64,000 nt of DNA, from positions 1-64,000 of the IMG/VR virus record IMGVR_UViG_3300047561_000814; one strand, written 5' to 3'. Source of the stretch: a virus (taxonomy: Duplodnaviria; Caudoviricetes). Shown here one piece after another: positions 9,255 to 18,680 of this stretch. Every line of letters begins with the position of its first letter. Position 1 is the first letter of the stretch. The notes under the pieces were generated by a model. The model searched no databases. It was given only the letters and a program-made list of their open reading frames with translations, and was not told the DNA's origin. The position numbers were made by a program, and so were the translations under genes.

Positions 9255-10851
9255 AGAACAGTATATCCGTGCAAGTCTTAACACAGAAGAAAAAGAAGAC
9301 AGCATCTTTAAATCGCATGATCCCTTTAACAGAACTTGGGATGTTTTAAAAGATTATGTTGGGCTTGACCAAAACTTTCGTCGTAGAACAACTCGTAATT
9401 TAACAAAATATGCTGCACCAGAATTTAATGAAGCATACCTAGACGCAGCAAACGCAACTCCATCGGGAGTAAATGCGGGATCTAAACAAATCAATCCAGG
9501 CACGGTATATAGAAATGGTTACGGACTGTTTGACGTAATCACCCCTCCATATAACATGTACGAATTAGCCAACTTCTATGACACATCTTTTGCCAACCAT
9601 GCTGCTATTGACGCTAAAGTAGAAAACATTGTTGGTCTTGGATATCGCTTTGATATTTCAGATAGAACGTTATTAAGGTTTGAAATGAACGACGATGCAG
9701 GTGCGGTAAGCCGTGCTCGTAGTCGTATTGAAAGAGCCAAGATTCAAGTACGTGACTGGCTAGAAAATTTAAATGATGATGACAGTTTTACAAAAACAAT
9801 GGAAAAGGTTTACACAGATCTTCAGGCAACAGGTAATGGATTCATTGAAATAGGTAGAACAACCGCTGGAGAAATTGGTTATATTGGCCATATTCCAGCA
9901 ACAACTGTTCGTATACGACGCTTGCGTGATGGGTTTGTCCAGATTATTGGTCAAAAGGTGGTTTACTTTAGAAATTTTGGAGCAAAGAATGCAAATCCTT
10001 TAGGCACAGATCCACGGCCTAATGAGATAATTCATTTAAAACAATACTCACCTTTAAATACATTTTATGGGGTTCCAGATATTATTGCAGCAATGCCATC
10101 TCTTATTGGAGATCAACTTGCATCTCAATATAATATTGACTACTTTGAAAACAAGGCTGTTCCAAGATATGTTGTAACCCTAAAGGGTGCAAAACTTTCA
10201 GGGGATGCTGAAGATAAGATGTTTAGATTTTTACAAACTGGACTTAAGGCTCAGTCACATAGAACTCTTTATATTCCTCTTCCTGGAGACACAGAAGGTA
10301 ATAAGGTTGAGTTTAAGATGGAGCCAATTGAAAACGGCATTCAGGACGGCTCATTTAAAGAGTATCGCAAACAAAACCGTGATGATATCCTAATTGCTCA
10401 TCAAGTTCCTATTTCAAAACTAGGTGGTGCAGACTCTGGAGGCATTGCAGCAGCACTTTCTCAAGACCGCACATTTAAAGAACAGGTTTCTCGCCCAGCA
10501 CAAAGACATTTAGAGAAGGTTGTAAATAAAATTATAAGGGAAAAGACAGATATTCTTGAACTTAAGTTTAACGAATTAACCCTAACCGATGAAATTGCAC
10601 AATCTCAAATCCTTGAAAGATATGTAAAGACTCAGGTTATGACTCCAAACGAGGCTCGTGAAATGTTAGACTTGCCACTAAGAGCAGATGGAGATACTCC
10701 ATTTGTTATGTCTCCAAGACAAGCAACTGATGCTAGAGCAAATTTAGCAGGGGATCGCCAAAGAGATTCAGAAAGAACAAATAACAATTCTGATTCGCCA
10801 ACTACAATATCTGGTCGCAATGCACAGGGTGAAGGTAGATCGTCTCAATAG
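9247..10851 (+). CDS. Portal protein
   Basis: DLQATGNGFIEI, EIIHLKQYSPLNTFYGVPD, YFENKAVP, ILIAHQVP and MTPNEARE motifs of HK97/PBSX-type portals. Precedes the protease and capsid genes. Confidence 0.92.
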   Translation: MSEEQYIRASLNTEEKEDSIFKSHDPFNRTWDVLKDYVGLDQNFRRRTTRNLTKYAAPEFNEAYLDAANATPSGVNAGSKQINPGTVYRNGYGLFDVITPPYNMYELANFYDTSFANHAAIDAKVENIVGLGYRFDISDRTLLRFEMNDDAGAVSRARSRIERAKIQVRDWLENLNDDDSFTKTMEKVYTDLQATGNGFIEIGRTTAGEIGYIGHIPATTVRIRRLRDGFVQIIGQKVVYFRNFGAKNANPLGTDPRPNEIIHLKQYSPLNTFYGVPDIIAAMPSLIGDQLASQYNIDYFENKAVPRYVVTLKGAKLSGDAEDKMFRFLQTGLKAQSHRTLYIPLPGDTEGNKVEFKMEPIENGIQDGSFKEYRKQNRDDILIAHQVPISKLGGADSGGIAAALSQDRTFKEQVSRPAQRHLEKVVNKIIREKTDILELKFNELTLTDEIAQSQILERYVKTQVMTPNEAREMLDLPLRADGDTPFVMSPRQATDARANLAGDRQRDSERTNNNSDSPTTISGRNAQGEGRSSQ

Positions 10852-10873
10852 TTGAGAAACTTCTTTAAAGCGG

Positions 10874-10882
10874 TGCTATAAT
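10874..10882 (+). promoter_or_regulatory. Extended -10 promoter (TGCTATAAT) for the protease/capsid genes
   Basis: Consensus match 9 nt upstream of ATG 10892, with no SD sequence. Confidence 0.6.
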
Positions 10883-10891
10883 TATAACGTT

Positions 10892-12223
10892 ATGTTAATA
10901 AATAAGGCTCATTGGGAAACTAAAGGTGACAGTGTTCGCCTTTCAATGCCCATCGGAAAAGTAGATGTTGAGCGCCGTATGGTCTCTGGTTTTGCAACCC
11001 TTGACAACGTTGATCGCCAAAATGATATTGTAACAACAGAGTCTAGTATAGATGCTTTTAAGAATTTTCGTGGCAACCTTCGTGAAATGCATCAGCCAAG
11101 TGCTGTTGGTAAAATTGTTTCTTTTAAAGAAGATAAGTATTTTGATCCAAGCACTAAAAAGTTTTATAGCGGAGTTTATGTTTCTGCTTACGTTTCAAAA
11201 GGTGCACAGAATGCATGGGAAAAAGTTTTAGATGGAACCTATACTGGTTTTTCAATAGGTGGAAACATTAAAGAATGGGATGACGCTTACGACGAGAAAA
11301 TAGATAAGACAATTCGTGTAATTAAAACTTATGAGTTGTCAGAACTCTCTCTTGTAGATAACCCAGCAAATCAATTTGCAAACATAGTTTCTATTGAAAA
11401 AATTAATGGGCAAAACGTAGTTGATGGATATTTATCAAAAACAGAAATTGAAAATGTATTTTGGGACTCAGAAAACGGTATTGTAATGGTATCTGATTCT
11501 GACTCTGCAACAAGTCCAGTAAATGGTAATGCAATGCAGAATATTGGGTTTATAGAAAAAAATGATAAAGATACAGAAAAACTAATAAAATTCTTAGTTG
11601 ATAGTGCTAAAGGCATTAATACAATTAAGATTACTAAGGAGGTAAAACTAATGACAGAATCAACAGACACAGTTTCAGAAACTGTAGTTGAAAATGCAGA
11701 GGTTGCTCCAGAGGCACAAGCAGCAGAGGTAGTAGCAGAAGCAACAGAAATTGTTGCAGAAGCAGTAGAAACCCCTGCAGTCGTTGAAGAGGCACCAGCA
11801 GTTGAAGAAATTGCTCTTGCTAAGTCAGATGACGCTAGTGCAGAATCTTCTGTTGCAAAAGCAGCAGTTGAAGTAGAGACTGTGGTGGAAAAATCCGTTG
11901 CAGATGTTAAAGAAGAAGTTGCTAAAGCAGTTTCAGAAATTAATAGTTCTCTTACTAATGCCTTTGGCGATCTTGCTGCAACTATCAAATCTCTTAACGA
12001 GAAGGTAACAGCAGTAACAAAATCTCTTGAATCGGTAACATCTGATGTTAATGGAATCAAGAACAACTTTAACGAGTTTGGCAAGCGAGTAGATCTTGTA
12101 GAACAAGACACCGCTTTCCGCAAGTCTGGCGATCTAGGCGAGATCGTACAGGAATCACCACAAGTGATTCATAAAACCCTATGGGGCGGTCGTTTCCTCA
12201 CAAATGCCGACCTGTTTAACTAA
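10892..12223 (+). CDS. Prohead maturation protease fused to an acidic coiled-coil scaffold domain
   Basis: VSGFATLDNVDRQND, REMH, GFSIGG and ELSLVDNPAN (HK97-type protease His/Ser motifs). The C-terminal half is Ala/Glu/Val-rich then heptad-like. Confidence 0.9.
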   Translation: MLINKAHWETKGDSVRLSMPIGKVDVERRMVSGFATLDNVDRQNDIVTTESSIDAFKNFRGNLREMHQPSAVGKIVSFKEDKYFDPSTKKFYSGVYVSAYVSKGAQNAWEKVLDGTYTGFSIGGNIKEWDDAYDEKIDKTIRVIKTYELSELSLVDNPANQFANIVSIEKINGQNVVDGYLSKTEIENVFWDSENGIVMVSDSDSATSPVNGNAMQNIGFIEKNDKDTEKLIKFLVDSAKGINTIKITKEVKLMTESTDTVSETVVENAEVAPEAQAAEVVAEATEIVAEAVETPAVVEEAPAVEEIALAKSDDASAESSVAKAAVEVETVVEKSVADVKEEVAKAVSEINSSLTNAFGDLAATIKSLNEKVTAVTKSLESVTSDVNGIKNNFNEFGKRVDLVEQDTAFRKSGDLGEIVQESPQVIHKTLWGGRFLTNADLFN

Positions 12224-12251
12224 GGTAAAAAATCACTAGGAGGTGAAAATA

Positions 12252-13397
12252 ATGTCGGAACAAAACACAAATATAGAAAAAAACTATCCAGGTGCTGGAG
12301 ATGGCGCAGAGATTAACTCAGCGGGATCATTAGTATCGGGTGGTGTTGGAAGTGCAACTGGTCTGAATGCTGCAGGAGGATCTGTAGGTTCACAACTTGG
12401 TAACACTGCAACTGCTGGCTTCGGTTCAACAACTGGAGATAATGCAGTTAATCCAACAGGTAACGCAGGAGGTATTCTGCGCCCTGAACAAGCACAACGC
12501 TTTATTGATTACGTATGGGATGCAACTGTCCTTGCTAAAGATGGCCGTCGTGTCACCATGAGAGCAAACACCATGGAAATTGAAAAAGTCAACGTTGGAG
12601 AACGTGTAATTCGTGCAGCATCACAAGGCTCACCAAACTACACAAACACTGGCGCTAGATTTACAAAAGTTGAACTAACAACAAAAAAGATTCGTCTTGA
12701 TTGGGAAGTAGCAACTGAAGCACTTGAAGACAATATTGAAGGCGGAGCATTGGAAGATCGTCTAGTACGATTAATGACCAACGCATTCGGTAACGATATT
12801 GAAGATCTTGCTATCAACGGTGATGGAGCAACAGGAGATTTCTTGTCCATCATGTCTGGTTTCGTAAAGCAAACTCGTGGAACAGTAGGAAATGCTGCTC
12901 ACGAATATGCTGCAACCGTAGCAGACAATAACTTTACCACAACAGTAATGCAAGGCTTGCTATTAGCAATGCCTCGTAAGTACCGTGCCCTTAAGAGCAA
13001 TCTTAAGTTCTACGCAGGTACTGATGCTTTTGCTGGTATTGTTCGTAACAACGGTACACTAGCAGATGCTATTTCAGCAGCGTTCTCTGATCGCACTGGT
13101 AGCACACCGCAAAACCGTCAAGATTACATGGATGGTGCTGCACAGACATTTGGTAATGCACGTACAACTCGTGTACTAGGTGTAGATGTACTAGAAGTTC
13201 CTTACTACCCAGCAGGTTATGTTGATTTAACATTCCCTTCTAACCGTGTATGGGGCTTCCAGAGAGACATCACTGTAAACCGTGAATACAAACCAAAGAA
13301 AGACACAATTGAATACACAGTATTCGTACGATTTGGTCTTGCTTGGGAAGAACTAGATGCAGTCGCTTATGTTGACTCAGATAGTGCTGATTCCTAA
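12252..13397 (+). CDS. Major capsid protein (HK97 fold)
   Basis: GGAGGTG RBS. GGILRPEQAQRFIDY, EALEDNIEG, DIEDLAINGD and REYKPKKDTIEYTVFVR motifs. Follows the protease and is followed by a strong terminator. Confidence 0.92.
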   Translation: MSEQNTNIEKNYPGAGDGAEINSAGSLVSGGVGSATGLNAAGGSVGSQLGNTATAGFGSTTGDNAVNPTGNAGGILRPEQAQRFIDYVWDATVLAKDGRRVTMRANTMEIEKVNVGERVIRAASQGSPNYTNTGARFTKVELTTKKIRLDWEVATEALEDNIEGGALEDRLVRLMTNAFGNDIEDLAINGDGATGDFLSIMSGFVKQTRGTVGNAAHEYAATVADNNFTTTVMQGLLLAMPRKYRALKSNLKFYAGTDAFAGIVRNNGTLADAISAAFSDRTGSTPQNRQDYMDGAAQTFGNARTTRVLGVDVLEVPYYPAGYVDLTFPSNRVWGFQRDITVNREYKPKKDTIEYTVFVRFGLAWEELDAVAYVDSDSADS

Positions 13398-13415
13398 AAT
13401 ATAGTCATCACGTAC

Positions 13416-13449
13416 TAGGGAGGGCGGAATAAAAACCGCCCTCCTTATT
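13416..13449 (+). terminator. Strong hairpin (terminator) after the major capsid gene
   Basis: GGGAGGGCGG-aataaaaa-CCGCCCTCCT followed by TATT. Confidence 0.75.
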
Positions 13450-13492
13450 GTCATTCTGATGGTATAATTACAAGTGAGCACTGGAGAAAAAA

Positions 13493-13849
13493 ATGAATTT
13501 AACAATGGATCAGTTAAAAGATAAAACAGTAATGGCATTAAAAGCATATGCAAAGAAAAATAACATAGAATTATTTGAATCAAATACAAAACTTGAAATT
13601 TTAGAAATTTTGGCTAGTTGGATTCCGCCAGAAGTAAAAGAAGAAACTGCAGAAAAAGCAGGTAAAAATAAAGACTTAACAAACAAAATAGCATTACACT
13701 CAGACAGAAATCTTCATATGGAAGGCTTGGGTGCATTAGTTGTGGGGTATAACATAGTCTCAAAGGAGGCATCGGAAAAGTGGCTTACTCACAGGTTAGT
13801 ACGAATAGCACAACCTGAAGAAGTAGCATCTTATTACGCTAAAGTATAA
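13493..13849 (+). CDS. Hypothetical protein with Rho-N/HeH-like N-terminal domain
   Basis: LKDKTVMALKAYAKKNNI...TKLEILEIL resembles Rho_N-like helices. Has its own TGGTATAAT promoter (13460-13468) and GGAG RBS. Confidence 0.55.
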   Translation: MNLTMDQLKDKTVMALKAYAKKNNIELFESNTKLEILEILASWIPPEVKEETAEKAGKNKDLTNKIALHSDRNLHMEGLGALVVGYNIVSKEASEKWLTHRLVRIAQPEEVASYYAKV

Positions 13850-14850
13850 TGTCAGTAGTCCTTCGTTTACCCCCGTATCCTTTAACTGTTAAATACACAG
13901 TTCCAGACGCTAATGCCAAATACGTTATAGTTGTTCAAGATGTTGCAGAGCAATCAGAAACTACTTCTTATAGAACATCAAATGCCAGCAAGGAAGTTAC
14001 TTATACACTAGATGATGATTTTATTAAATATGATAAATCGTATGCCCTGACAATTCATGAAGATTTAGAAGAAAGTGGCATGGTCGTAGCAGATCGTGGA
14101 GACATAGTCGTTGAAGATAACCTAGAAATAAAGCGTCCATACGTAAGCCCTACAATTTTAGCATCAATAAATAATCAAACATCTGCAACAGAAATTGCTA
14201 AATATACAGAGTATGAAAAATTAGCAAGAGCAATTATTGACTCAATAACTGGTGGTTTTTATTATGAACGTGGATTTATTGAGATTGTTGGACAAGAAGT
14301 AGACTATATTCCACTTTGGAAAAGAGTACACAAAATATTAAGAGTGTATGAAAACTCACAATTAGTTTATGATGTATACAACGAAGATGGACCAACTATA
14401 GGAGACTACACATACGTAATTACTAAAGATAAGACCGCACTTACAAAAGACCCAACAGCATCAAGTGGTGCAATAAATAGAGCAGAACAACGACCAGCAA
14501 GAATGCCACTTGGAACGTCAGACTCTTTTTCACTTTTTGATACAGAAGACAGTGGAAACACTATGACCGTAACTCCTGGAGTAGCATTTCCAGCAGGCAT
14601 AGATCTTATATTATTATTAGAAACTGGATACAAGGTAGTACCTATTGATATTCAAGATGCTACAAAATTATTAGTTGAAGATATTAGATGCGGTAAATTA
14701 GATTATTATAAGAGATATATTAAGAACTACAGCACTGATCAATTTAAAATTGAATACGATAAAAGAATGATTGAGGGTACTGGAAATATTATTGTAGACA
14801 AGATTTTGTCTAAATATGTCAATAATGTTGTTCGTCCTGGAGTGTTGTAA
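13849..14850 (+). CDS. Head-to-tail adaptor (putative)
   Basis: Position after the capsid gene. ARAIIDSITG and GYKVVPIDIQDATKLL, with TGNIIVDKILSKY at the C-terminus as in adaptor proteins. Confidence 0.65.
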   Translation: MSVVLRLPPYPLTVKYTVPDANAKYVIVVQDVAEQSETTSYRTSNASKEVTYTLDDDFIKYDKSYALTIHEDLEESGMVVADRGDIVVEDNLEIKRPYVSPTILASINNQTSATEIAKYTEYEKLARAIIDSITGGFYYERGFIEIVGQEVDYIPLWKRVHKILRVYENSQLVYDVYNEDGPTIGDYTYVITKDKTALTKDPTASSGAINRAEQRPARMPLGTSDSFSLFDTEDSGNTMTVTPGVAFPAGIDLILLLETGYKVVPIDIQDATKLLVEDIRCGKLDYYKRYIKNYSTDQFKIEYDKRMIEGTGNIIVDKILSKYVNNVVRPGVL

Positions 14851-15299
14851 TGGATGCATGCGAAGTCACAGACTTTATGTTTCCAATGAAGGCTGATATC
14901 TACTTTCCTATTCTTGCACAAGGTGGCTATGGTCAACCTACAAAAAACTGGGTATACGATAGAACAATTACCTGTAACGCTACATCTGGAGGTAGGTTAA
15001 GAACAGAAGATGTCAAACCAGATAATTTTTTAAAATATGAAAACAAACTCATTGCAAGAACAAAAGAAGATCCAAGACTTTCTTCAAATAATGCAAATAA
15101 CGCAATAACAAATATACTTATAACAAATATTAGAGATGCATCAGATACTATTATCTACAAAGAAACAGCGGGAGCAAGATCAGGCAAAGGAACAATTTAT
15201 GAAGTAGCAACAGTTGAACCATTTGCTGGCCCATTTGGATATACAGAATATTATACAATGTTCTGGCGCAGGGCTGAAAATCAGACTGTAGGTGATTAA
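14850..15299 (+). CDS. Head-to-tail stopper/closure protein (putative)
   Basis: 149 aa, translationally coupled, canonical synteny after the adaptor. Confidence 0.55.
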   Translation: MDACEVTDFMFPMKADIYFPILAQGGYGQPTKNWVYDRTITCNATSGGRLRTEDVKPDNFLKYENKLIARTKEDPRLSSNNANNAITNILITNIRDASDTIIYKETAGARSGKGTIYEVATVEPFAGPFGYTEYYTMFWRRAENQTVGD

Positions 15300-15976
15300 T
15301 GATAGCAATAACAAACACAACATCCTTTACTAAACAAATGAATAATATTGTTAATTATTCTTTTGGATTTTTAGAAGGCGTTGATCGTGGTAAAAAAATA
15401 TTTTTTGATAGACTAGGCAAAGGAACTATTGAAGCATTAGCGCAATACATTGATGTACAAGCCAGAGCCAATCCAAAAACACTACATCATGTTTATGAGT
15501 GGAATCAAATTAGTAGTCCAGGTGCAAGACTATTTAATTTACAATATACCGTTAGCAACTTAGGACTTTCTGTTAACTCTACATTTAGACAATCAAGAAG
15601 TGTTTCTGAAAATATGACTACTCCTTTTTATAATAAAGCAAAAATTATGGAAAAGGGTATTCCAGTAACAATAAGGCCAACAAAATCTAAAGTTTTAAAA
15701 TTTAATGGTCCTAATGGAGAGATATTCACAAGCAGGCCAGTTAAAGTTGATAACCCAGGAGGAGACTTTGTTATTGGTGGTTTTGAATCTGCATTTGATG
15801 AGTTTATGATTAGATATTTTAAACAATCTTTTTTAAGAGCATCTGGAGTTTATGACTATATTAAAAAACCAACATTGTATAAGAAAAACTTTAAATCTGG
15901 TTCAGTGGCAGGTAGAAGTAAAGGAATTGACACAGGATTTAAATGGATAACCAATGCAACAATTGGGGTAGAATAA
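15299..15976 (+). CDS. Neck/tail-completion protein (putative)
   Basis: Basic 225-aa protein in the neck gene slot, with TIRP...KVLKF motif. Confidence 0.5.
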   Translation: MIAITNTTSFTKQMNNIVNYSFGFLEGVDRGKKIFFDRLGKGTIEALAQYIDVQARANPKTLHHVYEWNQISSPGARLFNLQYTVSNLGLSVNSTFRQSRSVSENMTTPFYNKAKIMEKGIPVTIRPTKSKVLKFNGPNGEIFTSRPVKVDNPGGDFVIGGFESAFDEFMIRYFKQSFLRASGVYDYIKKPTLYKKNFKSGSVAGRSKGIDTGFKWITNATIGVE

Positions 15977-15980
15977 GACT

Positions 15981-16781
15981 ATGACTATATTAACTGACAC
16001 TGGATTTCCACCAACTTTTTTAAACAGATATATTTTGTCTGAGTTAGAGCATTATGAACTTATAGCAGAATCAGAAGGACTAAGTCCAATGGTTCCAGCA
16101 CAGTTTCCAACAAACATTGAGGACTTGTATAACGATAGCATTCAAATTAGACAAACAGAAAGTCCTATCTTAATTGTTTACGATAGACTGATGAGGTTTA
16201 GACCTACCCCGTTTTATTTACAAAAAAGAGAACAATTGATATATTTTATTTATTCTACAGACGTTAGTAAGTTAATAGATTGTGTTCGTGTTATATCTAA
16301 TGCCCTTGATCGGGAAGATTCTTCAGCAGAAGACGTAAATTCTTATAACTTTATTAATCCAACCTTAAGCAGTCCACTAGTCACAATCTCTACTAAAACC
16401 ATATCAAATAAGGCACTTACAAGTAAATTTGCTACAATAACAACATCTACAGCCCATGGCTTTGTGGCAGGAGATGCTGTGACAATCACAGGGCTAGATG
16501 CTACATTTAACGGTACCTATTTTATTAAAAGTGTTCCATCAGCAACAACATTTAAATTTTCTAAAAATGCAGCAAATGTTGGTTCAGTGGCAGCATCAGG
16601 GTCTGTTTCAAAACAAGACTATACTCCATTTAATATTTTGTTCCACAGTACCAGGGTATATCAAGCAGACGAAAGCAGAGACGTAGCAGAACTAGCCTCA
16701 GCAAGAACCCTTTTTGTAAATAAGTTAATTGTTGAGTATGACTATCATATTTCGGTTGACCCAGACTCTAGGTATACATAA
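15981..16781 (+). CDS. Tail terminator (putative) with an inserted beta-rich domain
   Basis: Immediately before the major tail protein. Internal ATITTSTAHGFVAGDAVTITG...FNGTY segment. Confidence 0.55.
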   Translation: MTILTDTGFPPTFLNRYILSELEHYELIAESEGLSPMVPAQFPTNIEDLYNDSIQIRQTESPILIVYDRLMRFRPTPFYLQKREQLIYFIYSTDVSKLIDCVRVISNALDREDSSAEDVNSYNFINPTLSSPLVTISTKTISNKALTSKFATITTSTAHGFVAGDAVTITGLDATFNGTYFIKSVPSATTFKFSKNAANVGSVAASGSVSKQDYTPFNILFHSTRVYQADESRDVAELASARTLFVNKLIVEYDYHISVDPDSRYT

Positions 16782-16855
16782 AAAGCGGTATAATTACTTT
16801 TAGAGGAAACACGCCAAACAACTTAATAAATACTTTATGAAAGAGGTGAATAAAT

Positions 16856-17497
16856 ATGCCATATAGCCGTGGTACGTCAAATAACGTTATTGTGGGTGCA
16901 GCAGCATTCTTCATTAACGATAACACATTGACCCCGTCAACTTTAACATCATTAGCAGTAATTGATTCAAGTGAGTCTTACAAGACCACACTTTCAGCAT
17001 CTGCTTCTTATACAAACGTTGGCTACACAATGAACGGTCTTGAATTACAGTTCCAACCAGACTTCGGTGAAGTTCAGGTAGATCAAATTCTTGACGTTGC
17101 AAGACTATACAAGCAAGGTATGCAGGTAAATCTTGCTACCGCTTTTGCTGAAGCAACTCTAGAAAACTTGCTTATTGCATTAGCATACTCTGATGCTAGA
17201 CTTACAGGAAATAAAAACGCATCTACAGGTCAGACACTGAACCTGAGTGCAGGAGACATTGGAGATGTTCCAGTAGAACGAGGAATCGTTGCTGTTGGTC
17301 CAGGATCTGGTGACCCAACAACATTTGAGGATAAAGAACGCATCTATGCAGCATATCGTGCTCTTTCAATTGAGAACGTAACTGTATCAGCAAAGCGTGA
17401 TGAACCATCAATGTTTGAGGTTTCATTCCGTCTTCTTCCTGAAGATACTTCAGGTTCATACGGTAAGATCATTGATCGTACCTTTGGACAATCATAA
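16856..17497 (+). CDS. Major tail protein
   Basis: GAGGTG RBS and TATAAT at 16789-16794. VGYTMNGLELQFQPDFGEVQVDQ and FEVSFRLLP are typical of siphoviral tail tube proteins. Followed by a terminator. Confidence 0.85.
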   Translation: MPYSRGTSNNVIVGAAAFFINDNTLTPSTLTSLAVIDSSESYKTTLSASASYTNVGYTMNGLELQFQPDFGEVQVDQILDVARLYKQGMQVNLATAFAEATLENLLIALAYSDARLTGNKNASTGQTLNLSAGDIGDVPVERGIVAVGPGSGDPTTFEDKERIYAAYRALSIENVTVSAKRDEPSMFEVSFRLLPEDTSGSYGKIIDRTFGQS

Positions 17498-17516
17498 TCT
17501 AAATTTAGATTAACTC

Positions 17517-17551
17517 AAGACCCACCTTTAATTAGGTGGGTTTTTTGTTTT
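17517..17551 (+). terminator. Intrinsic terminator after the major tail gene
   Basis: GACCCACCT-ttaatt-AGGTGGGTT followed by a T-run. Confidence 0.85.
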
Positions 17552-17574
17552 CCCTGTGATAGAATAGAAAGATT

Positions 17575-18270
17575 ATGGCAACAACTGTTTATAAAAATAA
17601 GATAATTAAACTCGTTGATGGTACAGAACTAGAGATCGTTCCATTAAAAATAAAATATTTACGTGAGTTTATGGAGGCATTTGAGTACGTTAAAACTGCC
17701 AAAAATGATGATGAAGCCATAGATTTTTTAGTTGAGTGTGTAAGAATTACAATGAAACAATATTATCCAGATATAAAATTAACAAAGTCTGATGTAGAAG
17801 ATAGCCTAGATATGCCCACCATATACACAGTGTTAGATATTTCTGCGGGTATAAAAATTAATCAAAAATCTGAAGAAACAGTAAAAGACCAAGCAACAGA
17901 CAGTGGCTCAAGTTGGTCAGAGTTAGACCTTGCTAAGATTGAATCTGAGGTATTTTTATTGGGTATATGGAAAGACTATCGGGACTTAGAAGAGTCTTTG
18001 TCTATGCCCGAATTAATTGCAACTCTTTCAAGTCGTAGAGAACTTGAATATCAAGAAAAAAAATTCTTGGCTGCCATTCAAGGAGTAGATTTAGATGCTC
18101 AGTCTGGAGAATCAAAGGGGCAAAAAGAATGGGACGACATGAAGGCTAGAGTATTTAGTCAAGGCAAAGCAAAAGATGGTAACGACATTCTGGCTCTTCA
18201 AGGACAAAATGCCAGAAGTGCAGGGTTTGGTATTGGCTATGGGCTAGATTACGAAGATTTAACAAAATAA
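17575..18270 (+). CDS. Tail assembly chaperone, long (G-T-like) form
   Basis: Between the major tail and tape measure genes. The N-terminal ~100 aa are paralogous to 18330..18659, followed by a WSELDLAKIESEVFLLGIWK domain. Confidence 0.75.
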   Translation: MATTVYKNKIIKLVDGTELEIVPLKIKYLREFMEAFEYVKTAKNDDEAIDFLVECVRITMKQYYPDIKLTKSDVEDSLDMPTIYTVLDISAGIKINQKSEETVKDQATDSGSSWSELDLAKIESEVFLLGIWKDYRDLEESLSMPELIATLSSRRELEYQEKKFLAAIQGVDLDAQSGESKGQKEWDDMKARVFSQGKAKDGNDILALQGQNARSAGFGIGYGLDYEDLTK

Positions 18271-18329
18271 AATAATAAAAAAATAAGTTCTAGCATGCTA
18301 TAATTGACATAACCTATAGGAGGAAAACA

Positions 18330-18659
18330 ATGGCAACAACTACGTATGAGGAACAAACTCTTACACTAATTGATGGCACAAAGGTTACAGTACGTCCTCT
18401 AAAAATCTCTCTACTTCGTCCGTTTATGAAGAAGTTTGAGGGTGTGGGAGCGGTGGCGGAAGATAACGGCAAATCTATGGACATTCTTATGGAATGCGTA
18501 CAGATTGCAATGAAGCAATACAAGCCAGAACTCTCTGAAGACGTAAAAAAACTAGAGGAGAATATTGATCTCCCAACTGTTTACAAGATCGTAGAAGCAG
18601 CATCAGGTATTAAACTTGCTGAAGTTTCAGACGTTCTTGGCGTAACTATGGCTGAATAA
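18330..18659 (+). CDS. Tail assembly chaperone, short (G-like) form
   Basis: Own TGCTATAAT promoter (18296-18304) and AGGAGG RBS. Paralogous to the N-terminus of the preceding gene. Confidence 0.75.
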   Translation: MATTTYEEQTLTLIDGTKVTVRPLKISLLRPFMKKFEGVGAVAEDNGKSMDILMECVQIAMKQYKPELSEDVKKLEENIDLPTVYKIVEAASGIKLAEVSDVLGVTMAE

Positions 18660-18680
18660 TTAAAAGAGGTGTGAAACTAA

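Noticed and set aside
17496-17511. Perfect palindrome AATCTAAATTTAGATT after the major tail gene
   Set aside because: It is a single AT-only-rich occurrence next to a real terminator and could arise by chance. No second copy was noticed.
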